Shown: positions 30,822-40,866 of the stretch, one piece after another
How the letters are laid out: each line of letters starts with the position of its first letter
How positions within the stretch are numbered: position 1 is the first letter of the stretch
From: an uncultured Candidatus Binatia bacterium
GTDB taxonomy: Bacteria > Desulfobacterota > Binatia > UBA9968 > JAJDTQ01
Direction: 5' to 3'
NCBI GenBank assembly: GCA_965242525.1
Contig: OZ251459.1
Span: forward strand, 2,752,001-2,816,000
Length of the DNA stretch: 64,000 nucleotides
The notes under the pieces: generated by a model
What the model was told of the DNA's origin: nothing
Seen by the model: only the letters and a program-made list of their open reading frames with translations
Database searches by the model: none
Made by a program: the position numbers and the translations under genes

Positions 30822-31703
30822 GTGGACGACTTCATCGGCAAGGCGGAAGTGCTGCTGGAGGCGCTCCCGTTCATCAAGCGCTTCTACGGCAAGACCTTCG
30901 TGGTCAAGTACGGCGGCGCGGCCATGGTGGACGAGGAGCTCAAGCAGAGCTTCGCCCAGGACGTGGTCCTGCTGAAGTACGTGGGCATCAACGTGGTGGT
31001 GGTGCACGGCGGCGGCCCCCAGATCGACCGGACGCTGGACCGGATGGGGATCCGGAGCCGTTACGTGCGGGGCATGCGGGTGACGGACCCGGAGACCATC
31101 GACGTCATCGAGATGGTCCTGGTGGGCAAGGTGAACAAGGAGATCGTCGGGCTCGTCAACCACCACGGCGGGGCCGCGGTGGGCCTCAGCGGCAAGGACG
31201 GCCAACTGGTCCTGGCCCGCAAGATGAACATGGCCGTGCCGGGCGACGGGGAGAGCACCGAGATCATCGACATCGGGATGGTGGGGGAGATCGTGCGGGT
31301 GGACCCCACGGTGATACGCTCCCTGGACGGCAACCGCTTCATCCCGGTCATCGCTCCGGTGGGCGTGGGCGAGAAGGGGGAGACCTACAACATCAACGCG
31401 GACCTGGTGGCCGGGCGCGTGGCGTCCGCCCTCGCCGCGGAGAAGCTCATCCTCCTCACCGACGTCGAAGGCGTCCGGGACCGGGAGGGGGGGTTGATGA
31501 GCACCCTCACCATGGCCCAGTGCACGGACCTCATCGAGAGGGGGGTGGTCTCGTCGGGCATGATCCCCAAGGTCGAGTGCTGCATGGACGCCCTGGACGG
31601 GGGGGTGGTCAAGACCCACATCATCGACGGGCGGGACCGCCACGCGGTGCTGCTGGAGATCTTCACCAACCGGGGCGTCGGCACCGAGGTGGTCCGGGGT
31701 TGA
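30822..31703 (+). CDS. argB: Acetylglutamate kinase
   Basis: [33 protein letters not shown]. Confidence 0.96.
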   Translation: MDDFIGKAEVLLEALPFIKRFYGKTFVVKYGGAAMVDEELKQSFAQDVVLLKYVGINVVVVHGGGPQIDRTLDRMGIRSRYVRGMRVTDPETIDVIEMVLVGKVNKEIVGLVNHHGGAAVGLSGKDGQLVLARKMNMAVPGDGESTEIIDIGMVGEIVRVDPTVIRSLDGNRFIPVIAPVGVGEKGETYNINADLVAGRVASALAAEKLILLTDVEGVRDREGGLMSTLTMAQCTDLIERGVVSSGMIPKVECCMDALDGGVVKTHIIDGRDRHAVLLEIFTNRGVGTEVVRG

Positions 31704-31716
31704 GGGGTCGCGCGCC

Positions 31717-32934
31717 ATGTCGAACCGCGAAGTACGACAGTTGACCGACGGGTACGTGATGCAGACGTACGCGCGCTTTCCCATCGCCCTGGTGAAGGGG
31801 AAGGGGGTCCGCGTATGGGACGCGGACGGGAAGGAGTACCTGGACTTCGCGGCGGGCATCGCGGTGAACAGCCTCGGCCACTGCCACCCGGCCGTGGCCC
31901 GGGCCGTGGCGGACCAGGTGGACACCCTGCTCCACGTCTCGAACCTCTACCATATCGAGCCCCAGGCGCGCCTCGCAAAGGCCCTGTGCGAGCATTCCTT
32001 CGCCGACCGGGTGTTCTTCTGCAACAGCGGCGCCGAGGCCAACGAGGCCGCCATCAAGCTGGCCCGGCGTTACGGCTCGGAGCAGGCCCGGGGGAGGAAC
32101 GAGGTCATCACCGCCTTCAACTCGTTCCACGGGCGCACCCTGGCCACCATGACGGCCACGGGCCAGGAGAAGATCCGGCTCGGCTACGACCCGCTGCCCG
32201 CGGGGTTCCGCCACGTCCCGTTCGACGACCTGGAGGCCGCGGAGGCCGCGGTGGACCGCCGCACCGCGGCCATACTGGTGGAGCCCATCCAGGGCGAGGG
32301 CGGGGTGGTGGCGCCGGACCCCTCCTACGTGCGCGGCCTGCGCCGGCTCTGCGACGACCGGGGGCTGCTGCTGATGTTCGACGAGGTCCAGGTGGGCATG
32401 GGGCGCACCGGCAAGCTCTTCGCCTACGAGCACTTCGGCGTCGAGCCCGACGTCATGACCCTTGCCAAGGCCCTGGGCGGCGGCCTTCCGCTGGGCGCCA
32501 TGCTCGCCCGGGAGCGCGTGGCCGAGAGCTTCCCTCCGGGGTCCCACGCCTCGACCTTCGGCGGCAACCCGGTGGTGTGCCGGGCCGGGCTGGCGGTGCT
32601 GGAGACGCTGCTGGAGGACGGACTGGTGGAGCGTTGCGAGGCCATGGGGAACCTGCTCCGGGAGGGCCTGGAGGGCTTGGCCGGGCGGTTCGCCTTCGTC
32701 CGCGAGGTCCGGGGCAAGGGGCTCCTCCTGGGCATGGAGCTGGACCTCGATTGCGCCCCGGTGATCCGGGAATGCATGGGGGAAGGGTTGCTGGTGGCCG
32801 GCGCGGGGGCCAACGTGCTGCGCATGGCGCCGCCCCTGACCATCGGGGAAGAGGACGTGGCCGAGGCCCTGTCCGTCCTGGAGCGGGTGCTGGCGAGACT
32901 CGAGGGCGGTCGGGGCGGAAGCGGGACGGGATGA
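31717..32934 (+). CDS. argD: Acetylornithine aminotransferase
   Basis: FFCNSGAEANEAAIK, SFHGRT, DEVQVGMGRTG, AKALGGG, STFGGNP. Confidence 0.94.
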   Translation: MSNREVRQLTDGYVMQTYARFPIALVKGKGVRVWDADGKEYLDFAAGIAVNSLGHCHPAVARAVADQVDTLLHVSNLYHIEPQARLAKALCEHSFADRVFFCNSGAEANEAAIKLARRYGSEQARGRNEVITAFNSFHGRTLATMTATGQEKIRLGYDPLPAGFRHVPFDDLEAAEAAVDRRTAAILVEPIQGEGGVVAPDPSYVRGLRRLCDDRGLLLMFDEVQVGMGRTGKLFAYEHFGVEPDVMTLAKALGGGLPLGAMLARERVAESFPPGSHASTFGGNPVVCRAGLAVLETLLEDGLVERCEAMGNLLREGLEGLAGRFAFVREVRGKGLLLGMELDLDCAPVIRECMGEGLLVAGAGANVLRMAPPLTIGEEDVAEALSVLERVLARLEGGRGGSGTG

Positions 32935-33851
32935 GGAAGCGGGACCTGTTGACGCTGCGGGACCTGGCCCGGGCCGACCTGGAGGAGATCCTGGCCCTGG
33001 CCGCGGCCCTCAAGCAGGAGCGCAGGGAAGGGCGGCAGCGGCTCCCCCTGGCCCGCAAGAAACTCGCGCTGGTGTTCCAGAAGCCCAGTCTCCGGACCCG
33101 GGCCACCTTCGACGTGGGCATGACCGAGCTGGGCGGCAGCGTGCTGTTCCTGGGGCCGGAGGACGTCCATCTCGGCGTCAGGGAGACCCCGGCCGACTGC
33201 GCCCGGGTGTTGAGCCGCCTAGTGGACGTCATCGCGGTGCGGACCTTCGCGCAGGAGACCGTCGAGGAGATGGCCCGCTCCGGTTCCGTGCCGGTGATCA
33301 ACGCGTTGTCGGACCTCTACCACCCGTGCCAGGCGCTGGCGGACCTCCTCACCCTGCAGGAGCGCAAGGGGAGGATCGAGGGGCTCCGCGTGGCCTTCGT
33401 CGGGGACGGCAACAACGTGGTCCATTCCTGGCTGCTGGCCGCGGAGAAGCTGCCGTTCCGGTTCACGCTGGCGTGCCCCGAGGGTTTCGAGCCCCGCGGG
33501 GAGATCCTCGACGCGGTGTTGTCCCGGGGGGGCGACGTGGCCGTCACCCGGGACCCGGCCGAGGCGGTGAGCGGCGCCGACGCCATCTACACCGACGTGT
33601 GGACGAGCATGGGCCAGGAGGCGGAAGCCGACGCCCGGCAGCGCGCGTTCGCTCCCTACCAGGTGAACGAAGCCCTGGTGGCCCGGGCCGGGGACCACGC
33701 GGTGGTGATGCACTGCCTGCCGGCCCATCGCGGCGAGGAGATCACCCACGACGTCATCGAAGGGCCGCGTTCGGTGGTGTTCGACCAGGCCGAGAACCGG
33801 CTCCACGCCCAGAAGGCGCTGCTGGTGTGGTGCCTCGCCGGCCGGGCCTAG
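32931..33851 (+). CDS. argF: Ornithine carbamoyltransferase
   Basis: [33 protein letters not shown]. Confidence 0.96.
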   Translation: MRKRDLLTLRDLARADLEEILALAAALKQERREGRQRLPLARKKLALVFQKPSLRTRATFDVGMTELGGSVLFLGPEDVHLGVRETPADCARVLSRLVDVIAVRTFAQETVEEMARSGSVPVINALSDLYHPCQALADLLTLQERKGRIEGLRVAFVGDGNNVVHSWLLAAEKLPFRFTLACPEGFEPRGEILDAVLSRGGDVAVTRDPAEAVSGADAIYTDVWTSMGQEAEADARQRAFAPYQVNEALVARAGDHAVVMHCLPAHRGEEITHDVIEGPRSVVFDQAENRLHAQKALLVWCLAGRA

Positions 33852-33870
33852 CGGTCATGTGAGGAGGGCC

Positions 33871-35070
33871 ATGAAACCGAACAAGGTGGTGCTTGCCTAC
33901 TCGGGCGGTCTCGACACGTCCGTCTGCCTGCGTTGGGTCAAGGAGCGTTACGACTGCGAGGTCATCGCCTACTGCGCCGACGTGGGCCAGGAAGAGGACC
34001 TGGAGGAGGTCCGCCGCAAGGCGCTGGCCACCGGCGCCAGCAAGGTGGTGGTGGACGACCTCCGGGAAGAGTTCGTCCGCGACTACGTGTTCCCCATGCT
34101 TCGCGGCAACGCGGTGTACGAGGGGTCCTACCTCCTGGGCACCTCCATCGCCCGCCCGCTCATCGCCCGGCGCCAGATCGAGACGGCCGCGGCGGAGGAC
34201 GCCGAGGCCGTCTCCCACGGCGCCACGGGCAAGGGCAACGACCAGGTCCGTTTCGAGCTCACCTACTACGCCTTGAAGCCCGATGTCCGGGTCATCGCCC
34301 CCTGGCGCGAGTGGGACCTCGACTCGCGCACCGCGCTCATCGACTACGCGCGGCGCCACGGCATCCCCGTGCCCGTGACCCGGGACAAGCCCTACAGCAT
34401 GGACCGCAACCTGTTCCACATCAGCTACGAGGGAGGCGTGCTGGAGGACCCCTGGCAAGAGCCCCCCGCGGACATGTACCAGTGGACCGCGGCCCCGGAA
34501 GACGCCCCGGACCGGCCGGAGTACGTGGAGGTGGAGTTCGCTTCCGGCGACCCAGTGGCCATCGACGGCCGGCGGCTGGGGCCCGCGGAGACCCTGGCGG
34601 CGCTCAACGCGATCGGGGCCCGGCACGGAGTCGGGCGCGTGGACATGGTGGAGAACCGCTACGCCGGCATGAAGTCCCGGGGCGTGTACGAGACCCCCGG
34701 GGGGACCATCCTGCACGCGGCGCGCCGGGCGGTGGAGCACCTCACGCTGGACCGGGAGGTGATGCAGTTGCGGGACTCGCTGGCGCCCCGGTACGCCCAG
34801 ATGATCTACAACGGCTACTGGTTCGCGCCGGAGCGGGAGATCCTCCAGCAGGCCCTGGACGCAGCCCAGGCCCGGGTCGACGGGACCGTGCGCCTGAAGC
34901 TGTACAAGGGTTCGGTGTCCGTGGCCGGGCGCAAGTCGCCGGTGTCCCTCTACGACCCGCAGACGGCCACCTTCGAGGCCGACGCCGGCTACGACCAGGC
35001 GGACGCGGACGGGTTCATCAAGTTGAACGCGCTGCGGCTCAAGATGGCCCGGCGGGCGGGGGGCGCGTAA
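33871..35070 (+). CDS. argG: Argininosuccinate synthase
   Basis: [34 protein letters not shown]. Confidence 0.97.
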   Translation: MKPNKVVLAYSGGLDTSVCLRWVKERYDCEVIAYCADVGQEEDLEEVRRKALATGASKVVVDDLREEFVRDYVFPMLRGNAVYEGSYLLGTSIARPLIARRQIETAAAEDAEAVSHGATGKGNDQVRFELTYYALKPDVRVIAPWREWDLDSRTALIDYARRHGIPVPVTRDKPYSMDRNLFHISYEGGVLEDPWQEPPADMYQWTAAPEDAPDRPEYVEVEFASGDPVAIDGRRLGPAETLAALNAIGARHGVGRVDMVENRYAGMKSRGVYETPGGTILHAARRAVEHLTLDREVMQLRDSLAPRYAQMIYNGYWFAPEREILQQALDAAQARVDGTVRLKLYKGSVSVAGRKSPVSLYDPQTATFEADAGYDQADADGFIKLNALRLKMARRAGGA

Positions 35071-35075
35071 CCGGC

Positions 35076-36449
35076 ATGGCGGGGAAGAAGCGGTTATGGG
35101 GCGGTCGGTTCGGCGATTCCACCGCGGACTCGGTGGTGGCTTTCACCGCGTCCATCCACGTGGACCGGCGCCTCTACCGGCACGACATCGCCGGCAGCGT
35201 GGCCCATGCCCGCATGCTCGGCCGGCAGCGCATCATACCCCCCGGCGACGCCCGCAAGATCATCGCCGGGCTGCGGGCCGTCCAGAAGGAGATCGAGAGC
35301 GGCGCGTTCCCCTTCAGCGCCGCGGACGAAGACATCCACATGAACGTCGAGCGGCGGCTGACCGAGAAGATCGGCAGCGTGGGCGAGAAGCTGCACACCG
35401 CCCGGAGCCGCAACGACCAGGTGAGCCTGGACATGCGGCTGTACCTGCGGGAGGCCCTCGACCGGGTCCTGCAGGAGCTCGGTTCCCTGCGGCAGGCGCT
35501 GGCGGGCGCGGCCCGGAGGCACGAGGACGTCCTCATGCCCGGCTACACCCACCTCCAGCGGGCCCAGCCCGTGCTCTTCGCGCACCACCTGCTGGCCTAC
35601 GTGGAGATGCTGGAGCGGGACGAGAGCCGCTATCGCCACTGCCGGGAGCAGACCAACGTCATGCCGCTGGGCTCCGGCGCCCTGGCCGGCACCGGCTTCC
35701 CCATCGACCGGGCCTACGTGGCCGAGCTGCTGGGCTTCCCGCGGCTGTCGCAGAACAGCATCGACGCGGTGAGCGACCGGGACTTCGTGCTGGAGTTCCT
35801 GTCCGCCTCCGCCATCCTCTTCGTCCACCTGAGCCGTCTCGCCGACGAGCTCATCCTGTGGTCCAGCGAGGAGTTCGGGTTCGTCGAGTTGCCGGACGCC
35901 TACTGCACCGGCAGCTCCATGATGCCGCAGAAGAAGAACCCGGACGTGGCCGAGTTGATCCGGGGCAAGACCGGCCGGGTCTATGGGAACCTGCATGCGC
36001 TCCTGAGCGTCATGAAGGGGCTGCCGCTGGCCTACAACCGCGACCTCCAGGAGGACAAGGAGCCCCTGTTCGACACGGTGGACACGGTCACCGCGTGCCT
36101 GGTCATGGCGCGGGAGCTGCTGGACGGGCTGGATGTGCGGGGCGGGAGGATGCGCGCCGCGGCCGAGGACGGCTTCATGAACGCCACCGACCTGGCGGAC
36201 TATCTCGTGGGCCGGGGCTTGAGCTTCCGCGCCGCCCACGACGTGGTGGGACGGGTGGTGCGCCACTGCATCGAAACGGAGCGCAAGCTGCAGGAGCTTT
36301 CCCTGGAGGAGTTCCGGGCGTTCTGCCCGGCCGTCGACGCCGGGGTCCACGAGGTCCTGTCGCTCCGGGCCGGCGTGGAGCGCCGGCGCGCCCCTGGAGG
36401 GACCGCCCCGGTGAACGTCCGCCGCCGGCTCAGGAAGCTGGGAGCATGA
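35076..36449 (+). CDS. argH: Argininosuccinate lyase
   Basis: LWGGRF, RSRNDQ, GYTHLQRAQP, GSSMMPQKKNPD. Confidence 0.97.
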   Translation: MAGKKRLWGGRFGDSTADSVVAFTASIHVDRRLYRHDIAGSVAHARMLGRQRIIPPGDARKIIAGLRAVQKEIESGAFPFSAADEDIHMNVERRLTEKIGSVGEKLHTARSRNDQVSLDMRLYLREALDRVLQELGSLRQALAGAARRHEDVLMPGYTHLQRAQPVLFAHHLLAYVEMLERDESRYRHCREQTNVMPLGSGALAGTGFPIDRAYVAELLGFPRLSQNSIDAVSDRDFVLEFLSASAILFVHLSRLADELILWSSEEFGFVELPDAYCTGSSMMPQKKNPDVAELIRGKTGRVYGNLHALLSVMKGLPLAYNRDLQEDKEPLFDTVDTVTACLVMARELLDGLDVRGGRMRAAAEDGFMNATDLADYLVGRGLSFRAAHDVVGRVVRHCIETERKLQELSLEEFRAFCPAVDAGVHEVLSLRAGVERRRAPGGTAPVNVRRRLRKLGA

Positions 36450-36476
36450 CCGGAGGGCTGGGGGCATGACCGGAGG
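36437..36476 (+). repeat. 20-bp tandem duplication at the argH / lipoprotein junction
   Basis: GCTGGGAGCATGACCGGAGG followed by GCTGGGGGCATGACCGGAGG (1 mismatch). Confidence 0.85.
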
Positions 36477-36984
36477 CGCCCCGGGCCGCCCGGACGCGGG
36501 CGCCGCGGACCGGGGCGCCGTGTGCGCGGCGCGCTCCCGGAGGCGCCGGGCGGGGGTCCTGTGGCTGGTATTGCTGCTCGCCCTGGCGGCCGGTTGCGGC
36601 AGGAAGGGACCGCCGCGGGCCCCCGGGCTCGCGGCGCCCGAGGCCGTCGCCGACCTGACCGCCCGGGTGGAGGGCCGCGGCGTCCGGCTGGGATGGTCGC
36701 GTCCGCGGCGGACCCTCGACGGGCGCGCCCTGGACCACCTCGGGGCCTTCGTGCTGTACCGCAGGAGCGTGCGGGCGGATTGCCGGGACTGCCGGGCCGC
36801 GTACCGGGAGCGCGCGGTCATCCGCGTGGAGGACGAGGGGAAGTTCTTCCGGCGGTCCCGGTACGGGTTCACGGACCGGGAGCTCCGCCCCGGCACGGTT
36901 TACGGGTATCGGGTCCTGGTCCGACTGCCGGACGGTTCCGCGAGCGGGCCGTCCAACGAGGTGAGCGTCGAATGGCGACCGTGA
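36466..36984 (+). CDS. Lipoprotein with LptM/YifL-like N-terminal motif and fibronectin type III-like domain
   Basis: Lipobox AAGC followed by GRKGPP; CRDC; FTDREL.PGTVYGYRV...SGPSNEV. Confidence 0.72.
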   Translation: MTGGAPGRPDAGAADRGAVCAARSRRRRAGVLWLVLLLALAAGCGRKGPPRAPGLAAPEAVADLTARVEGRGVRLGWSRPRRTLDGRALDHLGAFVLYRRSVRADCRDCRAAYRERAVIRVEDEGKFFRRSRYGFTDRELRPGTVYGYRVLVRLPDGSASGPSNEVSVEWRP

Positions 36985-38237
36985 AGGATGGTTTCACCCA
37001 CAGGAACGACGAGATGTACTGCGAGGACGTGCCCGTCCGGGACATCGTGGACGCGGTGGGTACGCCGGTGTACGTCTATAGCCTTGCCCGGCTGCGCGGC
37101 GCCTTCCGGGCCTTCGACGACGCGTTCGCCGGCGCCCGGCGCCTGGTGTGCTTCTCGGTGAAGGCCAACTCCAACCTCGCGGTGCTGCGCTCCTTCGTCA
37201 ACGAGGGGTCGGGCTTCGACATCGTTTCCGGGGGCGAGCTCTTCCGCGTGCTCAAGGCCGGAGCGGACCCGGGCAAGGTGGTCTTCTCGGGGGTGGGCAA
37301 GACCCGGGAGGAGATGGAGTACGCGCTCCGGTCCGGCATCCTCATGTTCAACGTGGAGTCGGAGCAGGAGATGGAGGCCCTGAACCAAGTCGCCGAAGGC
37401 ATGGGCGCGGTGGCGCCGGTGAGCTTCCGCATCAACCCCGACGTGGACCCGAAGACCCATCCCTACATCGCCACCGGCATGAAGCAGAGCAAGTTCGGCA
37501 TCGGCGTGGGGCCCGCGGCCGAGGCGTACCGGCGGGCGCTTTCCCTGCCCCACGTGGAGGTGGTGGGAGTCGATTGCCACATCGGCTCGCAGCTCACCTC
37601 GACGCTGCCGTTCTCCGACGCCGCGGCGCGGGTCCGGGCGTTCATCGACGCGCTGCGGCGGGAGGGGGCCCACATCCGCTACGTGGACCTCGGCGGCGGC
37701 CTCGGCATCCGCTACGACGCCGAGGAGCCGCCGGAGCCGGGGGAGTACGCCAGGGCCCTGATGGACGGCGTGCGCGGCCTGGACGCGACCCTGGTGCTGG
37801 AGCCGGGCCGCTCGCTGGTGGGCAACGCCGGGGTGCTGGTGACCCGGGTGCTCTACCTCAAGCGGACCGAGGCCAGGAACTTCGTGGTGGTGGACGGCGC
37901 CATGAACGACCTGGTGCGCCCGGCCCTCTACGGCGCGTTCCAGGGCATCCGCCCGGTGTTCCGACGGGAAGCCGAGTCCATGACCGCGGACGTGGTGGGA
38001 CCCATCTGCGAGAGCGGCGACTTCCTGGCCCGGGACCGGAGCATCCAGACCCCGGTCCAGGGGGACCTCCTGGCGGTCATGAGCGCCGGGGCCTACGGCT
38101 TCACCATGGCGTCCAACTACAACACGCGGCCGCGGGCCCCGGAGGTGCTGGTGGACCGCGGGGAGTTCGCGGTGGTCCGCGAAAGGGAGACCCTGGAGGA
38201 CCTCGTTGCCTGCGAGAAAATCCCGGCAACGCTGTGA
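36972..38237 (+). CDS. lysA: Diaminopimelate decarboxylase
   Basis: GTPVYVYS, VKANSN, CHIGSQ, DLGGGLG, EPGRS, GPICESGD, SNYNTRPR. Confidence 0.96.
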   Translation: MATVKDGFTHRNDEMYCEDVPVRDIVDAVGTPVYVYSLARLRGAFRAFDDAFAGARRLVCFSVKANSNLAVLRSFVNEGSGFDIVSGGELFRVLKAGADPGKVVFSGVGKTREEMEYALRSGILMFNVESEQEMEALNQVAEGMGAVAPVSFRINPDVDPKTHPYIATGMKQSKFGIGVGPAAEAYRRALSLPHVEVVGVDCHIGSQLTSTLPFSDAAARVRAFIDALRREGAHIRYVDLGGGLGIRYDAEEPPEPGEYARALMDGVRGLDATLVLEPGRSLVGNAGVLVTRVLYLKRTEARNFVVVDGAMNDLVRPALYGAFQGIRPVFRREAESMTADVVGPICESGDFLARDRSIQTPVQGDLLAVMSAGAYGFTMASNYNTRPRAPEVLVDRGEFAVVRERETLEDLVACEKIPATL

Positions 38238-38258
38238 GGCGAGGACCCGGAGGAACCC

Positions 38259-39080
38259 ATGGCGGAGATCGCGTTCACCAAGATGCACGGCTGCGGCAAC
38301 GATTTCGTGGTGCTGGACTGCATGGAGCGGCAGCCCGCGGGCCTGGCCGAGATCGCCCGGAGCCTGTGCCACCGCCGGTTCGGCGTGGGCGCGGACCAGT
38401 TGCTCACCATCAAGCCGTCCGAGTCCGCGGACTTCCGGATGGAGATCTACAACGCCGACGGCAGCGAGGTGGAGATGTGCGGCAACGGCATCCGTTGCTT
38501 CGCCAGGTACGTTTACGAGCACGGCCTGACCCGGAAGCGGGAGATCGAGGTGGAGACCCTGGCGGGCCTCATCCGGCCCCGGCTCGATGGCGAGAGGGTG
38601 GAGGTGGACATGGGCCGGCCCGTGCTGGACGGCCGGGCCATCCCGGTGGACGCCGACGGCCGCATCGTCAACCGTCCGCTCACCGTGGATGGCGGCGAGT
38701 ACGCGGTCACCTGCGTGTCCATGGGCAACCCCCACTGCGTGCTCTACGTGGACGACGCGGACGCCCTGGACCTGCCGCGCCTGGGTCCCTCCTTCGAGCG
38801 CCACGCCTTCTTCCCCAACCGCGTCAACACGGAGTTCGTCCAGGTGTTGGGGCGGGACCGGGTCCGCGTGCGCGTCTGGGAACGCGGGGCCGGCGAGACC
38901 TGGGCCTGCGGCACCGGCGCCAGCGCGGTGGCGGTGGCCGGAGTCCTGACCGGCAGGACGGACAGGCGGGTGACCGTCCACCTGATGGGCGGCGACCTGG
39001 AGATCCGCTGGGCGGACGACGACCGGGTCTATATGACCGGGCCGGCGCAGGAGGTGTTCCGGGGCAGCGTCCGGGTGTGA
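38259..39080 (+). CDS. dapF: Diaminopimelate epimerase
   Basis: KMHGCGNDF, NADGSEVEMCGNG, SMGNPH, WERGAGETWACGTG. Confidence 0.97.
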   Translation: MAEIAFTKMHGCGNDFVVLDCMERQPAGLAEIARSLCHRRFGVGADQLLTIKPSESADFRMEIYNADGSEVEMCGNGIRCFARYVYEHGLTRKREIEVETLAGLIRPRLDGERVEVDMGRPVLDGRAIPVDADGRIVNRPLTVDGGEYAVTCVSMGNPHCVLYVDDADALDLPRLGPSFERHAFFPNRVNTEFVQVLGRDRVRVRVWERGAGETWACGTGASAVAVAGVLTGRTDRRVTVHLMGGDLEIRWADDDRVYMTGPAQEVFRGSVRV

Positions 39081-39113
39081 CCCCGGGACGCACGAGCGGG
39101 ACGCAGGGGAGCC

Positions 39114-39992
39114 ATGACGATGTTCACCGGATCGATGACGGCCCTGGTCACGCCGTTCGAGGACGGCAGGGTCGATTTCGCTGCGCTCGAAGCCCTGGTG
39201 GAGTTCCAGGTGGAGCAGGGAAGCCACGCGGTGGTCCCGTGCGGCTCCACCGGGGAATCGGCTACACTGGACCACGGCGAGCACGACGCGGTGGTCCGGG
39301 CGGTGGTCCGGGCCGCCCGGCGGCGGGTCCCGGTCATCGCCGGCGCCGGCTCCAACTCCACCCGCGAGGCCATGGACCTCACCCGCAGGGCGGAGGAGTC
39401 CGGGGCCGACGGCGCGCTGCTGATCTCCCCCTACTACAACAAGCCGACCCAGGAGGGCATCTACCGGCACTACCGGGCGGTGGCCGAGCACGTGGGCATC
39501 CCGCTCATCGTCTATAACATCCCCGGACGAACCGCCTCGAAGATCGAGCCGGAGACCCTGGCCCGGCTCGCGGAGGTCGGCAACGTCGCGGGCGTGAAGG
39601 AAGCCACCGGGTCGGTGGACCAGGCACTGGACGTCGTCCGCCTGTGCGGCGACGCCCTGGCCGTCTATTCCGGCGAGGACTCGCTGACCTACTCGCTCAT
39701 GGCCCTGGGCGGCAAGGGCGTCATCACCACCACCGGCAACGTGGCCCCCCGGGCCATGGCGGACCTTGCGGAAGCCTGCCTCCGGGAGGACTGGGCCGCG
39801 GGCCGCCGGCTCCAGTTCGAGCTGCTGCCGCTCATCCGCAGCCTCTTCACCGAGACCAACCCCATCCCGGTAAAGACCGCCCTGGCCCTCATGGGCAAAT
39901 GCGGGCCGGAGCTCCGCCTCCCGCTGACCCCCATGGCCGAGCCGAACCGGGAGCGCCTGGAGGCAACCATGAGGCAATGCGGACTGATTTAG
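39114..39992 (+). CDS. dapA: 4-hydroxy-tetrahydrodipicolinate synthase
   Basis: TALVTPF, GSTGE, PYYNKPTQEG, YNIPGRT, ETNPIPVK. Confidence 0.96.
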   Translation: MTMFTGSMTALVTPFEDGRVDFAALEALVEFQVEQGSHAVVPCGSTGESATLDHGEHDAVVRAVVRAARRRVPVIAGAGSNSTREAMDLTRRAEESGADGALLISPYYNKPTQEGIYRHYRAVAEHVGIPLIVYNIPGRTASKIEPETLARLAEVGNVAGVKEATGSVDQALDVVRLCGDALAVYSGEDSLTYSLMALGGKGVITTTGNVAPRAMADLAEACLREDWAAGRRLQFELLPLIRSLFTETNPIPVKTALALMGKCGPELRLPLTPMAEPNRERLEATMRQCGLI

Positions 39993-40131
39993 GGAACCTC
40001 GGAACAATCAGGCAGAGGGTATGAGAGCGTCCTTCGACTTCGCTTCGCTACGCTCAGGACGAACGGGGATAGGGGCGTCAGGGTGAGGGAATCGGGAATC
40101 CATCCCGGATGTCTCGATTGTTCAGAGGTCC
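39993..40131. mobile_element. MITE family A copy with 4-bp target duplication TTAG
   Basis: TTAG (39989-92) | GGAACCTCGGAACAATC ... GATTGTTCAGAGGTCC | TTAG (40132-35). Confidence 0.8.
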
Positions 40132-40160
40132 TTAGTGTGAGATGTCCTCGAAAGAACTTG

Positions 40161-40349
40161 AGGCGCTTCAGGAATTCGTGTGGGTCGTGACACTCCCACC
40201 CACGCGATGATGTCCGCTTCCTTCCCATTACGACCGTGCCGTCCTCGGTTTGGCGTCGCGGATGCCCTACTCCGTCATTCCCGCAGCCGCCCGCCCCGTC
40301 ATTCCCGCGGACGCCCACTCCCCGTCATTCCCGCGAAAGCGGGAATCCA
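40161..40349. mobile_element. Partial MITE family B copy ending in GTCATTCCCGC REP units
   Basis: AGGCGCTTCAGGAATTCGTGTGGGT TIR; similar to the reverse complement of 58755-58894. Confidence 0.7.
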
Positions 40350-40522
40350 TCCGTTCTTATGAAAGGAACATCTGAACAGTCGAGACATCCGGGATGGATT
40401 CCCTCACCCTGACCCTCCTATCCCCGTTCGTCCTGAGCGTAGCGAAGCGAAGTCGAAGGACGCGCTCATACTCCCCCGATTGTTCCGAGATTCCTCTGGA
40501 TTCCCGCTTTCGCGGGAATGAC
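40324..40522. repeat. Inverted REP pair GTCATTCCCGCGAAAGCGGGAATCCA enclosing a MITE-A copy (40365-40494)
   Basis: 40324-40349 and 40497-40522 are exact reverse complements; extra partial units flank both sides. Confidence 0.85.
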
Positions 40523-40759
40523 GGGAGGTGGGCGGCTGCGGGAATGACGAGACAGGTGTACGCGGGAATGACGGGGTGGACCTCCACAGGAATGACGAGG
40601 CGGGCGTCCGCGACGCCGTCCCAGGCCTACTGTCTCCCGGAGAAGGACCGTGGAAGCGGAGGAATGACAGGCATTCGTCTGATGTGGAGGGGATGGGAAC
40701 GGAAGCCTGCCCGCAGCGTCATGGCGGGGAACCGGGTTGCAAACCGAGACCCGATCCAT

Positions 40760-40825
40760 TATCCCCGTTCGTCCTGAGCGTAGCGAAGCGAAGTCGAAGG
40801 ACGCGCTTTTCCACAGGGAGATGGG
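40760..40825 (+). repeat. REP-like core / partial MITE A
   Basis: CCCCGTTCGTCCTGAGCGTAGCGAAGCGAAGTCGAAGGACGCGCTTTTCCACAGGGAGATGG matches the reverse complement of the 17084 copy. Confidence 0.8.
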
Positions 40826-40866
40826 GTGCAAGCGGGAACCGTCCAGTTGTTCCTTGGGAAACCGGC

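Noticed and set aside
30822-36449. Absence of argC/argJ from the arg cluster
   Set aside because: These genes are commonly encoded elsewhere; not informative from one window
36900-40007. Long antisense ORFs (also 2695-5808, 44316-47204, 61012-63504 and others)
   Set aside because: High-GC shadow frames opposite well-supported genes, without motifs
40270-40680. GTCATTCCCGC / GCGGGAATGAC units as a CRISPR array
   Set aside because: Units are short and degenerate, switch orientation and have short spacers; no cas genes; they fit REP clusters
39989-40831. Small ORFs sharing SPFVLSVAKRSRR, VLRLRFATLRTNG or VIPAKAGI peptides
   Set aside because: Translations of REP/MITE DNA, not a protein family
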